From: an uncultured Candidatus Saccharibacteria bacterium
GTDB lineage: Bacteria > Patescibacteriota > Minisyncoccia > Phycocordibacterales > JACNGX01
Length of the DNA stretch: 64,000 nt
Direction of reading: 5' to 3'
NCBI GenBank assembly: GCA_964621395.1
Contig: CAZULS010000002.1
Coordinates: 87,306 to 151,305, forward strand
In this document: positions 53,328 through 62,313 of the stretch, piece by piece
Layout: each line of letters starts with the position of its first letter
How positions within the stretch are numbered: the stretch's first letter is position 1
Program-made: the position numbers and the translations under genes
Notes under the pieces: model-generated
Told to the model about the DNA's origin: nothing
Databases searched by the model: none
Seen by the model: the letters and a program-made list of their open reading frames with translations, nothing else

Positions 53328-53886
53328 TTTGAATATGGCTGGATCAAATTTTCCTTTTATTCCAAAGAGTGTCTTACGGAAGAATCTCGATGAATCGTTT
53401 GAACATATACTGACACTACTCCCGTTTACCGAGTCAAAGAGCTATAATGAGGCTGCAAAGAGCGCTTTTCGTAAGACGATTATTATTTACACCGCATCGA
53501 TTGTCGAAGCGCTTGTTTTTTATGTGATTGATACAGAATTCTCTGACGATGACGTTAGAGAGTATTACAGTACATGGGAGTTAAAAGATAAGAAGATGCT
53601 CCATGTTCTCGACAGTGAACGTAAGATTGTTGCTGGAACATACTGTAGAGTTTTGGCAAAGTCCGGGAAAGGTAAGATGAATCTTGGACAGATTATTCGA
53701 TTTTTGAAGGACAAGGAAATTCTCGACGAGGATTTATATAAGAAAGTCGATCAGATTCGTGTTTTCCGTAATGAACAGCATATTGGAACACACAGCAATG
53801 TTCCGATATATGGAAAGAAAAAGTTAGAAAAAGCTTTCTCAATTGCAAAAGATGTGAAAGAGTTCGTGAGAGAAAGATATGAGTAA
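53317..53886 (+). CDS. hypothetical all-alpha protein, possibly HEPN-like (Rx6H motif RVFRNEQH)
   Basis: 189 aa, AT-rich, translationally coupled to the upstream small ORF (ATGCATCGTGA overlap). I recognise no family. The HEPN assignment is speculative. Confidence 0.4.
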   Translation: MHRDLNMAGSNFPFIPKSVLRKNLDESFEHILTLLPFTESKSYNEAAKSAFRKTIIIYTASIVEALVFYVIDTEFSDDDVREYYSTWELKDKKMLHVLDSERKIVAGTYCRVLAKSGKGKMNLGQIIRFLKDKEILDEDLYKKVDQIRVFRNEQHIGTHSNVPIYGKKKLEKAFSIAKDVKEFVRERYE

Positions 53887-53965
53887 CATATTTTTGTCTC
53901 CCCGGAAAATAACATTCCAGATCAAAAATTGACAAAGAAGATTTTTGGGTTACAATGGTTTCGCT

Positions 53966-54586
53966 ATGGATACTCATGATAACATCAACGACGATATGAA
54001 TGACGAGGTGGACGTTTCTTCTGTACCTGAAGAGAGTGCGGATGACGTTGTGTTTGAGGAAGAGGGCCTAAACGCCGACGAGTCGGCATCGGCCGAGCTT
54101 CGCAATGACCCCGCGGCGATGAAGCGTTTGCGTGAGAAGCTGAAGGTGGCGGTGAAGGAGAAGCAGGAATATCTCGATGGCTGGCAACGCGCGAAGGCTG
54201 ATTTGGTGAATGTGAAACGTGAACATGAGGATACTCGTGTGCGCATGATGCATATGGGAAAGAGCGCGATGATTGAGGATCTTCTCTCTGTGGCAGACAG
54301 CTTTGATATGGCATTTGGGAATGAGGAAGCTTGGGAGAAGGTGGACAGAGGGTGGCGTACCGGTGTGGAATATATTTACGCGCAGTTTAAGCGCGTGCTC
54401 GATGACCACGGTATTGAAATCATTGATCCAGAGGGTGAGGATTTCGATCCGGAAAAGCATGAAGCGGTGGAGATGGTATCGGTTGAAGAAGAGAGCGAAA
54501 AAGGAAAAGTCCAAAACGTGCTTTCTAAGGGATATTTCTTTGATGGTAAAGTCCTTCGCGCTGCGCGCGTGAAGGTGGGGGAGTGA
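53966..54586 (+). CDS. grpE: nucleotide exchange factor GrpE
   Basis: Acidic N-terminus, coiled coil and C-terminal beta domain (FDPEKHEAVEMV...GKVLRAARVKV). The ORF track begins 7 codons earlier at a TTG. Confidence 0.85.
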   Translation: MDTHDNINDDMNDEVDVSSVPEESADDVVFEEEGLNADESASAELRNDPAAMKRLREKLKVAVKEKQEYLDGWQRAKADLVNVKREHEDTRVRMMHMGKSAMIEDLLSVADSFDMAFGNEEAWEKVDRGWRTGVEYIYAQFKRVLDDHGIEIIDPEGEDFDPEKHEAVEMVSVEEESEKGKVQNVLSKGYFFDGKVLRAARVKVGE

Positions 54587-54827
54587 TGAGGGGTCGTCTG
54601 CCCGCGCGTGCACTGCGTATTCCATGCGCAGTGCACGCGCGGGCAAGTGATTGGATTTGAAACGAGACTTGCCAAGACCCAGCCCCACACCAATGATTTT
54701 GAGAGCTTATATTCTTGCCAGTACCGTTATGTTGCTGAGGAGAATGTTCTCTTTATGAAATCAAAAGTGTGGGGCTGGGTGACAACTTCTTTTTATCGTT
54801 AACAGTTAATCGTTTATTGTTACACTT

Positions 54828-56756
54828 ATGTCTAAAATTCTAGGAATCGATTTAGGAACAACAAACTCTGCCATGGCTATCGTGGAGGGTGGTGAGCCGC
54901 GCATTATTGAAAATGCCGAAGGTGCACGCACGACACCGTCTATTATCGCAAAAGCGAAAAACAACGAACGCACAGCGGGTATGGCGGCAAAGCGTCAGGC
55001 GGTAACCAATCCGGAAAATACTCTCTTTGGTATCAAGCGTTTGATTGGACACCGCTATGATGATGCGGCCGTGCAGAAAGATAAAGAGATTGTTCCATTT
55101 GCTATCGAAAAATCAGATGGCGAAGGTGTGCAGGTAAAAATGGGTGAGGACACGTATCGTCCGGAAGAAATTTCGGCTATGGTTCTCGGTAAGCTAAAGA
55201 GCGATGCCGAAGCAAAGCTCGGTGAGACGATTACTGAGGCGGTGATTACCGTGCCGGCATACTTCAACGATGCGCAGCGTAAGGCTACCAAAGACGCCGG
55301 AGCGATTGCCGGTTTCGATGTAAAGCGCATCATCAATGAACCGACAGCGGCAGCGCTTGCGTATGGTTTCAATAAGAAGAAAGACGAGCAGATTGCCGTA
55401 TACGACTTTGGTGGCGGTACATTCGACATCTCCATTCTTGAGGTTGGCGATGATGTGATTGAAGTAAAATCAACAGACGGCGACGCGCACATGGGCGGTG
55501 AGGATATCGATCAGAAAATCGTGAATTGGCTCGGTGAAGAGTTTAAAAAAGATCAGGGAGTGGATATTCTCAAAGACGTGCTTGCTTTGCAGCGTTTGAA
55601 AGAGGCGGCGGAGAAAGCAAAGCACGAACTCTCCACCACAATGGAAACAGAAGTGAATATTCCGTTTATTACCTCTGATGCATCGGGGCCGAAGCATTTG
55701 CTTCTCAAAATGAGTCGCGCGAAGCTCGAAGAGCTCGCTGCAGAATATATTGATCGCTCGATTGAGATTACGAAGCGTGCTGTGGAAGCATCCGGCTTTT
55801 CCGTGAGCGATATCGATGAAGTGATCTTGGTGGGTGGACAAACACGCATGCCGGCAATCACGAATGCCGTGAAAGAGCTTTTCGGTAAGGAGCCGAATAA
55901 ATCAATCAATCCGGATGAAGTGGTGGCGCTTGGTGCCGCTATTCAGGCGGGGATCTTGCAGGGTGATGTGAAGGATGTGCTTCTTCTTGATGTGACGCCG
56001 CTTTCCTTTGGTATTGAAACCATGGGAGGAATTGCGACAAAGCTTATTGAGAAGAACACCACCATTCCGGCGAATAAGTCGCAGGTCTTTTCGACGGCTG
56101 CTGACAATCAGCCGTCGGTTGAGATTCATGTGGTGCAAGGGGAGCGTCCGATGTCTGCTGACAACCGTTCACTTGGCCGCTTTGTGCTCGACGGTATTCC
56201 GCCGGCGCCGAGAGGTGTGCCGCAGATTGAGGTGTCGTTTGATATCGATGCCAATGGAATTTTGAATGTGAAGGCGGTGGATAAGGCAACGAACAAAGAG
56301 CAGTCGATTCACATTGAGGCGACATCAGGCATCTCTGATGAGGATATTGAAAAGATGAAGGCTGATGCTGAGAAACACGCCGATGAAGACAAGAAGCGCA
56401 GAGAAGCGGTGGAGACGAAGAACACCGCCGAGCAACTTGCCTACGGTGCCGAGAAGGCGCTCAAGGACAATGCTGATAAGATTACGGATGAGATTAAAAC
56501 AAATGTGGAAGAGAAGGTAAAAGCACTTCGCGAAAAGCTCGCGGGGGACGACACGGAGGCAATCACGAAAGCATCCGAAGAACTCTCAACGGCAATGCAA
56601 ACGATTGGCGAGCATATCGCCAAAGAGGGGCAGAATGCGCAAGCTGAAGGGACTCCCGGTGCGGAAGGAGCGAACGAGACTCCCAATGAGGATGATGTCC
56701 GCGATGCGGAATTTGAGGAGAAGAAAGAAGAAGGAGAAGAAGGAAAAGACAAATAA
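54828..56756 (+). CDS. dnaK: molecular chaperone DnaK (Hsp70)
   Basis: [16 protein letters not shown] and [11 protein letters not shown] motifs. 642 aa. Preceded by the TTTATCGTTAACAGTTAATCGTTTATTGTTACACTT motif. Confidence 0.95.
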   Translation: MSKILGIDLGTTNSAMAIVEGGEPRIIENAEGARTTPSIIAKAKNNERTAGMAAKRQAVTNPENTLFGIKRLIGHRYDDAAVQKDKEIVPFAIEKSDGEGVQVKMGEDTYRPEEISAMVLGKLKSDAEAKLGETITEAVITVPAYFNDAQRKATKDAGAIAGFDVKRIINEPTAAALAYGFNKKKDEQIAVYDFGGGTFDISILEVGDDVIEVKSTDGDAHMGGEDIDQKIVNWLGEEFKKDQGVDILKDVLALQRLKEAAEKAKHELSTTMETEVNIPFITSDASGPKHLLLKMSRAKLEELAAEYIDRSIEITKRAVEASGFSVSDIDEVILVGGQTRMPAITNAVKELFGKEPNKSINPDEVVALGAAIQAGILQGDVKDVLLLDVTPLSFGIETMGGIATKLIEKNTTIPANKSQVFSTAADNQPSVEIHVVQGERPMSADNRSLGRFVLDGIPPAPRGVPQIEVSFDIDANGILNVKAVDKATNKEQSIHIEATSGISDEDIEKMKADAEKHADEDKKRREAVETKNTAEQLAYGAEKALKDNADKITDEIKTNVEEKVKALREKLAGDDTEAITKASEELSTAMQTIGEHIAKEGQNAQAEGTPGAEGANETPNEDDVRDAEFEEKKEEGEEGKDK

Positions 56757-56813
56757 CAAATTCCAAATCACACATAATATCAAAATTTCAAAAATAAAAT
56801 AAAAAAGAAAAAA

Positions 56814-56851
56814 CAAAAAAGCGCGCGACCCTTCGGGTCGCGCGCTTTTTT
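56814..56851 (+). terminator. Intrinsic terminator AAAAAAGCGCGCGACCC-TTC-GGGTCGCGCGCTTTTTT
   Basis: Perfect GC-rich stem followed by T6. Confidence 0.75.
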
Positions 56852-56868
56852 ACATATTCATCTCAAGG

Positions 56869-57093
56869 TGTCATCCCGCACTTGATGCGGGATCTCGAGA
56901 GAGTTGTTTCTTGACGTTTAGATCCAGCCCCACTTTCACTGATTAGTTTATATGGCTATTTTAAGATAGACGAAGTTTCTAACTTGCTTTAAAGAATAAT
57001 TTAATCAGTGAAAGTGGGGCTGGATGACAGCAAAAGAGAATAGCGAAGCAAAAGTCCTATTCGTATGTCCGTACATCTTCGTACTTCGTACCC
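56869..57093. repeat. B-family element (GTGTCATCCCGCACTTGATGCGGGATC ... CAGTGAAAGTGGGGCTGGATGACAGC) followed by A-family right half TTCGTATGTCCGTACATCTTCGTACTTCGTACCC
   Basis: The same B + A-right arrangement precedes trpS (62141..62277) and aspS (63488..63602). Confidence 0.6.
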
Positions 57094-57155
57094 CTTTTTG
57101 TATTTCAGGAAAAATATGATATGCTCATGCCAGAATTTTTTGTAACTTTAGCTTT

Positions 57156-57578
57156 GTGTCCATGCATATTGATTATGTTACGGTGCTGTTCTATTGCTTC
57201 CTCTGGCCCCTCCTCATCGGAGAGCTTTTTCTTTTTACCAGAAAAGATGAGGCTGTGATATGGCGACTTCGTATCGCTCTCGCAATTGTACTCCTCGTAG
57301 GAGTAGTCATGTATTCCTATTTCATGACGCCACCGGATGAGCTGCCGGCTCGTTTTCTTGTATCGCTCTTGGTCTTCACTAAGGGCGTTTTTTTGTGTAT
57401 ACTATGTAGAGCCTCTTTCATATTAAACCGCCAAAATGGTATTTTCACACTTTCGTATGAATGCTTGGCAATTCTCGCACACCATATTCGGCTGCATCTT
57501 GTTGCTCAACAGCACCGCACGAAAGTGCGGCGCAGTCTCCGCAACATCGGTTCGCACGAATATGCTGCACGAGCATAA
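57156..57578 (+). CDS. hypothetical membrane protein (questionable; C-terminal third is translated through family-F repeat)
   Basis: The N-terminal 100 aa are hydrophobic. The last ~50 codons coincide with repeat F copy 2. Confidence 0.3.
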   Translation: MSMHIDYVTVLFYCFLWPLLIGELFLFTRKDEAVIWRLRIALAIVLLVGVVMYSYFMTPPDELPARFLVSLLVFTKGVFLCILCRASFILNRQNGIFTLSYECLAILAHHIRLHLVAQQHRTKVRRSLRNIGSHEYAARA

Positions 57579-57600
57579 GCCATTTAATCTGAAAGAGACT
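57418..57600. repeat. Family F long-hairpin element, copy 2
   Basis: TCATATTAAACCGCC...TTCTCGCACACCATATTCGGCTGCATC...CACCGCACGAAAGTGCGGCG...CGAATATGCTGCACGAGCATAAGCCATTTAATCTG is homologous to 51024..51218. The inner hairpin loop is GAAA here versus GAGTA there. Confidence 0.6.
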
Positions 57601-57606
57601 CTATCT

Positions 57607-58677
57607 ATGAGCAAAGACTATTACGGTATTTTGGGTGTCGAAAAGAATGCATCCAAAGACGATATCAAGAAGGCGTTTCGCAAGCTCGCGCATAAATATC
57701 ATCCCGATAAGAAGGAAGGGGATGAGTCGAAATTCAAAGAAGTGAATGAGGCCTATCAAATTCTCTCCGACGAAAAGAAGCGCGCGGAGTATGATACCTA
57801 TGGGCAAACATTCGGTGGTGCCGGCGGTGGATACGGTGATTTCGGCGGCTTTGGTGGATTTGGCGGTGCACAAGGTGCCGGCGTGGAGTTTGATGTCGGC
57901 GATATCTTCAATCAATTTTTTGGCGGTCAGGGTGGCGGCATGGGACGTGAGCGTCGAGGTCGCGACATGTCGATTGATATTGAGGTGTCGTTTAAAGATG
58001 CTGTCTTTGGAACAAAACGCTCAATCCTTCTCACCAAGATGGGCGTGTGTGATGATTGCGGGGGCACGGGTGCTAAGAAAGGTTCGGGAATGAAAACATG
58101 TGAAGCATGTAATGGCCAAGGGAAAGTGCATGAGGCACGGAAGTCTCCCTTTGGAACATTTTCGGTGACACGTGTGTGTGAGGCATGCGGCGGTACGGGA
58201 GAAGTGCCCAAGGAGGTGTGTGCGACATGTAAAGGGCAAGGCGTACTCCATAAGCGTGAAGAGGTGAACATTCGTATTCCGGCAGGAATCGGAAGCGGTG
58301 AAATGATTCGCATCACCGGTGGCGGCGAGGCGATTCCAAAAGGCACGGCAGGTGATTTGTATATCAAGGTGCATGTGACACCTGATGAGCAATTTTCACG
58401 CGAGGGCAATAACATCATCATGAAGCTGCCGATTAAGCTCTCCGAAGCGCTCTTGGGAGCAACGCGCGGTATTGATACACTCGACGGCTCGATCGATCTT
58501 TCGATTCCTCCGGGAGCGCATCACGGTGAGAAATTGCGTGTGCGTGGCAAAGGTGTGCCGACGGGCGACGGAGAGCGGAGGGGTGATTTGCTCGTTCTTC
58601 TTTCCATTGAAATGCCGAAGAAATTATCACGCACGGCAAAAAAGCTTGTTGAAGAATTGCAGCAAGAAGGTATTTAA
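57607..58677 (+). CDS. dnaJ: molecular chaperone DnaJ
   Basis: J domain with HPD (YHPDKK), G/F-rich linker, and four CxxCxGxG zinc-finger repeats. Confidence 0.9.
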   Translation: MSKDYYGILGVEKNASKDDIKKAFRKLAHKYHPDKKEGDESKFKEVNEAYQILSDEKKRAEYDTYGQTFGGAGGGYGDFGGFGGFGGAQGAGVEFDVGDIFNQFFGGQGGGMGRERRGRDMSIDIEVSFKDAVFGTKRSILLTKMGVCDDCGGTGAKKGSGMKTCEACNGQGKVHEARKSPFGTFSVTRVCEACGGTGEVPKEVCATCKGQGVLHKREEVNIRIPAGIGSGEMIRITGGGEAIPKGTAGDLYIKVHVTPDEQFSREGNNIIMKLPIKLSEALLGATRGIDTLDGSIDLSIPPGAHHGEKLRVRGKGVPTGDGERRGDLLVLLSIEMPKKLSRTAKKLVEELQQEGI

Positions 58678-58697
58678 TCGATCAATTTTTCTTTCTT

Positions 58698-58884
58698 AGA
58701 GTCTGTTCACAATCTCATGTCGTGCGTGATATGCCCATATGCCGAGCGAAAATCGTGAAAAACGGTGATGGAGTACTCTCGTACTTTGAGACGTTTTGAG
58801 CGATTTGCAGCCGGTATATGGGCATATCAGCCGACAAGGACAATTTTTATTCATTCAATTCCGTTGAGATTATGAACAGGCTCT
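58698..58884. mobile_element. MITE family D copy 3 (TIRs AGAGTCTGTTCACAATCTCA / TGAGATTATGAACAGGCTCT)
   Basis: ~85% identical to 29071..29257. Its right TIR supplies the in-frame ATG at 58872 upstream of the acyltransferase gene. Confidence 0.7.
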
Positions 58885-58889
58885 TACAT

Positions 58890-60488
58890 ATGAAACAGCG
58901 TCTCAAAGACGTGTGGTGGACCGTTATTCCATGGATACTCCAAACAATCGTGTGGATTCCCGCGCAGATTATTCTGCACTTCTTCCTTCGCCTTCGTGTA
59001 GAAGGATATAAACGGATCAAGCACATTCGCGGACCGGTTATTTTCGTATCCAATCATACAAGCTACTGGGATCCGATTATGATTCCGGCGGCGTTGCCAC
59101 TCTTTTCTCGATTTTTCCCAATGATGTATGTGGCACGTGAGCGCAATTATTACAGACGTGCCAAACACTTTATCGGTGCGACATCGTTTAAGGTATGGGG
59201 GGCGCATCCGGCACACGGCGGACTGTGTGATTATGCTCGCTCACTCGATGACCATGAACGGTTTCTAAACCAAGGAAGAAGTGTGTGCATGTTTCCTGAA
59301 GGGACGCTACCGGAAGAGGAAGACAGCATCCAACCTTTCAAAGGAGGCATTGGCTATTTGGTATGTCATACAAAAGCAACGATTATTCCTGTCTCCATTA
59401 CAGGGATGTTTTCTGTAACAGCAAAAGATTTCTTCAGCAGGAAACGTCGTGCCACACTCACATTCGGCGAGCCGCTTACCAACAACCCGCTCTGCGTCGT
59501 TGCCAAGGGGGAAACACCCGATGTGGAGTGTTACAAAAAAACCGCCGAAAAGATTAGAGAAGAATTAAGCGTTCTTTTTTCAATTGGTTACAATACGATG
59601 CACGATTATCTTCCCGAACAAGAATATCATCATGCTTTCGCTAGACCATTTCGCGCTATTGGTCGTTTTATACTCAATCATTTACATCTTGTTCCGGGTA
59701 TGAATAATATAGCGCGAAAGACAAACAGAGGCGCGCGAGAAGTACTGGAGAACAAAACAACGCACCAGGCCCTGGAAGTGCTGTATCGGAAAGGGGACAC
59801 AGGGAAAAAAGAAACATTTCTGGGAAACATATTTCGTTCACTATGGTTTTTTACCGACAATGCGAAAGGAGTCAGAAACCGTCTTAGAATTGTAAAAAAT
59901 GGAATTGTGAGAGAGCTCGTAAACATTCATAGCGATGAATGTCACAATAATACTGTGCACATGCTCAGTATTGCGTCTGGATCGGCGCGCGCGGTGCTGG
60001 AAGCGATACAGCGAGCAAGAGAAATGAATGTCGAAAAGGACATTCATGTAACCTTTTTAGATAAAAGTCCTCAGGCAATTTCATACAGTCGCACATTGGC
60101 ACAATCGGTATGTGATGAAGATGTTCTCAAAAAAACACACATGCAATGGGTGACTGACACTGCAAGCAATTTTACAAAGTACGCAGATGAGGGGTCTTTA
60201 GATATTATTGAAATGGTCGGCCTGCTTGACTACTTCGATGACGAAAAAGCGCAACGTCTTTTTGAAAAAGCGTACCGCTACTTACGTTCAGGAGGCGTGT
60301 TCATTACTGCCAATATTGACTATAATAAAGAGTATGCATTCGTGAACAACTTTGTCGATTGGCGTATGATATATCGTTCATCGCACGAGTTAGCAGCGTT
60401 AGCGCGTCGTGCTGGCTTTAATGCACAGTACATGCGCGTATATACAGAACCTCTCGGAGTTCACAATGTGCTCATCGTGAGGAAATAA
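58890..60488 (+). CDS. fusion protein: N-terminal 1-acyl-sn-glycerol-3-phosphate acyltransferase-like (PlsC/LPLAT) domain + C-terminal class I SAM-dependent methyltransferase-like domain
   Basis: HxxxxD box NHTSYWD and the FPEGT box in the first ~200 aa. The C-terminal ~200 aa have Rossmann-like methyltransferase motifs (SIASGSARAVLE, FLDKSPQAI, DIIEMVGLLDY, LRSGGVFITAN). Confidence 0.55.
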   Translation: MKQRLKDVWWTVIPWILQTIVWIPAQIILHFFLRLRVEGYKRIKHIRGPVIFVSNHTSYWDPIMIPAALPLFSRFFPMMYVARERNYYRRAKHFIGATSFKVWGAHPAHGGLCDYARSLDDHERFLNQGRSVCMFPEGTLPEEEDSIQPFKGGIGYLVCHTKATIIPVSITGMFSVTAKDFFSRKRRATLTFGEPLTNNPLCVVAKGETPDVECYKKTAEKIREELSVLFSIGYNTMHDYLPEQEYHHAFARPFRAIGRFILNHLHLVPGMNNIARKTNRGAREVLENKTTHQALEVLYRKGDTGKKETFLGNIFRSLWFFTDNAKGVRNRLRIVKNGIVRELVNIHSDECHNNTVHMLSIASGSARAVLEAIQRAREMNVEKDIHVTFLDKSPQAISYSRTLAQSVCDEDVLKKTHMQWVTDTASNFTKYADEGSLDIIEMVGLLDYFDDEKAQRLFEKAYRYLRSGGVFITANIDYNKEYAFVNNFVDWRMIYRSSHELAALARRAGFNAQYMRVYTEPLGVHNVLIVRK

Positions 60489-60503
60489 GCCGAAAGTTTT
60501 AAT

Positions 60504-62129
60504 ATGTTAGACTATCAAGTTATTTCATTATTTGCTGTAGCGATTATCAGCGCCTTGTTTAGTTATGTCATTTCAGGGAAAAGAGGAGAAAAAAGTAAAC
60601 GAACGGAGACCACTCTTTTCTCGCTCATAGCTATTTTCATCGGTCTGTGGGCACTCAATATATCGTTCTTTATACAGCAACAATATGGTGACTTTACGTT
60701 TCTCTTTGTGAACGCATATTATGTGTCAGCGGCGTTTATTCCTCTCCTCTTTTTCTATTTTGCCGTTTCATATGTCAACGATAAACATATAAAGCTCGTC
60801 CATAATGTTATTTGCGCCCTCCCACTCCTTTTTCTTATTGGTGCATTGTTGGTTGATCCCTATTTCCTTATTACGTCGATTACTCCTCAAAACAGTGGTG
60901 TCACATTTAATATTCCCGTATACATTGCATATTCGGCTTATTTTTTTGTTTTTATTGTTTGGACATACAGTTTACTTGTCTACGCATTTGTAAAGGAGAA
61001 AAATACCATACAGCGCGTACAATTGAAACTGATTATCATAGGAACCCTTGTTTCGTTTTTATTGGGGCTATTTTTTAATCTCATTCTTCCGTGGTTTAAC
61101 ATTTATGAACACATATGGCTTGGACCAGTCTTTTCTTTAATCTTCGTGTTTTCAATGGGGTATGCAATTATCCGTCACAACCTTTTCAACATAAAAGTCG
61201 TCACGACAAAAATATTGGTATTCGGCCTACTTTTTTTCATTTTTGTTCGATTTCTCATTGCGGAAAATCTTGAGAATAAAATAACAGAAAGTGTACTCTT
61301 TCTTGTCACAACAATTGCCGGATTGTTTATTATACGAAATGTGATGCAGGAAATTCAGGTGCGTGAAGAGGCAGAGAAACTTGCTGAGCAGCTTCGAAAG
61401 GCGAACGCGCGGTTACGAGAGCTAGATCGGCAAAAGTCGGAGTTTGTTTCTATTGCTTCGCATCAATTGCGGACACCGCTCACTGCCATTAAAGGTTATT
61501 CATCCATGCTTTTGGATGGTTCGTTTGGAAAAATGTGTAAGGGAAGTGTCGAGCCGGTGGAGAAAATTTATCGTTCGTCGCAGCGGCTTGTGGGTGTCGT
61601 GGAAGATTTTCTCAATGTGACTCGCATTGAGCAAGGGAGGATGAGTTATGATTTCCGACCGGTCGATATGCACCATATCTGTGAGAATGTTGTGGAAGAA
61701 CTTTCGTTTGGGGCAAAAGACAAAGGATTGGATTTGATATTCAAATGCGGAAAGCCCGGGGCAATCGTGTCGGCTGACCAAGGGAAAATTCGTCAGGTTG
61801 CGCTCAATCTCGTGGACAATGCGGTGAAATACACCGAGAAAGGGGAGGTAGAGGTGTGTTTGAGAGATGACGATCCGAAACACGTTGTCTTTGAAGTGGT
61901 TGACACCGGTATCGGTATCCCCGAAGAATTTAAAAAGCGCATGTTTGAAAAATTTAGTCGTGCCGATAATAGCGGTGCGTATCACGCCAACGGCTCCGGT
62001 ATCGGTTTGTATATTGTAAAAGAAATTGTTGAAGCACATAAAGGGACAGTCAGCGTTGATTCAAAAGAAGGGAAGGGTGCGACATTTACCGTCACATTGC
62101 CGCGTGTGAAGGAGGAGACGAAAGGGTAA
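60504..62129 (+). CDS. sensor histidine kinase with multi-TM N-terminal sensor domain
   Basis: ~7 TM helices, coiled-coil linker, HisKA H-box SIASHQLRTPL and HATPase_c N/G1/G2 boxes (DNAVKYT, DTGIGI, GSGIGL). No response regulator is adjacent. Confidence 0.8.
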   Translation: MLDYQVISLFAVAIISALFSYVISGKRGEKSKRTETTLFSLIAIFIGLWALNISFFIQQQYGDFTFLFVNAYYVSAAFIPLLFFYFAVSYVNDKHIKLVHNVICALPLLFLIGALLVDPYFLITSITPQNSGVTFNIPVYIAYSAYFFVFIVWTYSLLVYAFVKEKNTIQRVQLKLIIIGTLVSFLLGLFFNLILPWFNIYEHIWLGPVFSLIFVFSMGYAIIRHNLFNIKVVTTKILVFGLLFFIFVRFLIAENLENKITESVLFLVTTIAGLFIIRNVMQEIQVREEAEKLAEQLRKANARLRELDRQKSEFVSIASHQLRTPLTAIKGYSSMLLDGSFGKMCKGSVEPVEKIYRSSQRLVGVVEDFLNVTRIEQGRMSYDFRPVDMHHICENVVEELSFGAKDKGLDLIFKCGKPGAIVSADQGKIRQVALNLVDNAVKYTEKGEVEVCLRDDDPKHVVFEVVDTGIGIPEEFKKRMFEKFSRADNSGAYHANGSGIGLYIVKEIVEAHKGTVSVDSKEGKGATFTVTLPRVKEETKG

Positions 62130-62140
62130 ACAGAGCTCTT

Positions 62141-62277
62141 TTGTCATCCCGCACTTGATGCGGGGTCTAAGCGTTACGAAACAACTCTTTCGAGATCCCG
62201 CATCAAGTGCGGGATGACAGGAAAAGAGAGTATTAAGAGCCTGTTCGTATGTTCGTACTGTTTTGTACTTCGTACCC
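62141..62277. repeat. B-family MITE-like element (75 bp, TIRs TGTCATCCCGCACTTGATGCGGGGTCT / AGATCCCGCATCAAGTGCGGGATGACA) + AGAGCCTGTTCG + A-family right half
   Basis: The TTG that starts the predicted trpS ORF lies inside the A repeat. The real start is 62314. Confidence 0.65.
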
Positions 62278-62313
62278 CTCCCGAAAATTGTGTTTTGTGA
62301 TATAGTGGTGTCT

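Noticed and set aside
53142-53886. Confident assignment of the 189 aa protein to HEPN, and of the module to a specific TA family.
   Set aside because: There is only a single Rx6H motif and an all-alpha prediction. No family-level similarity is recognisable by eye. It is kept as a hypothesis in the findings.
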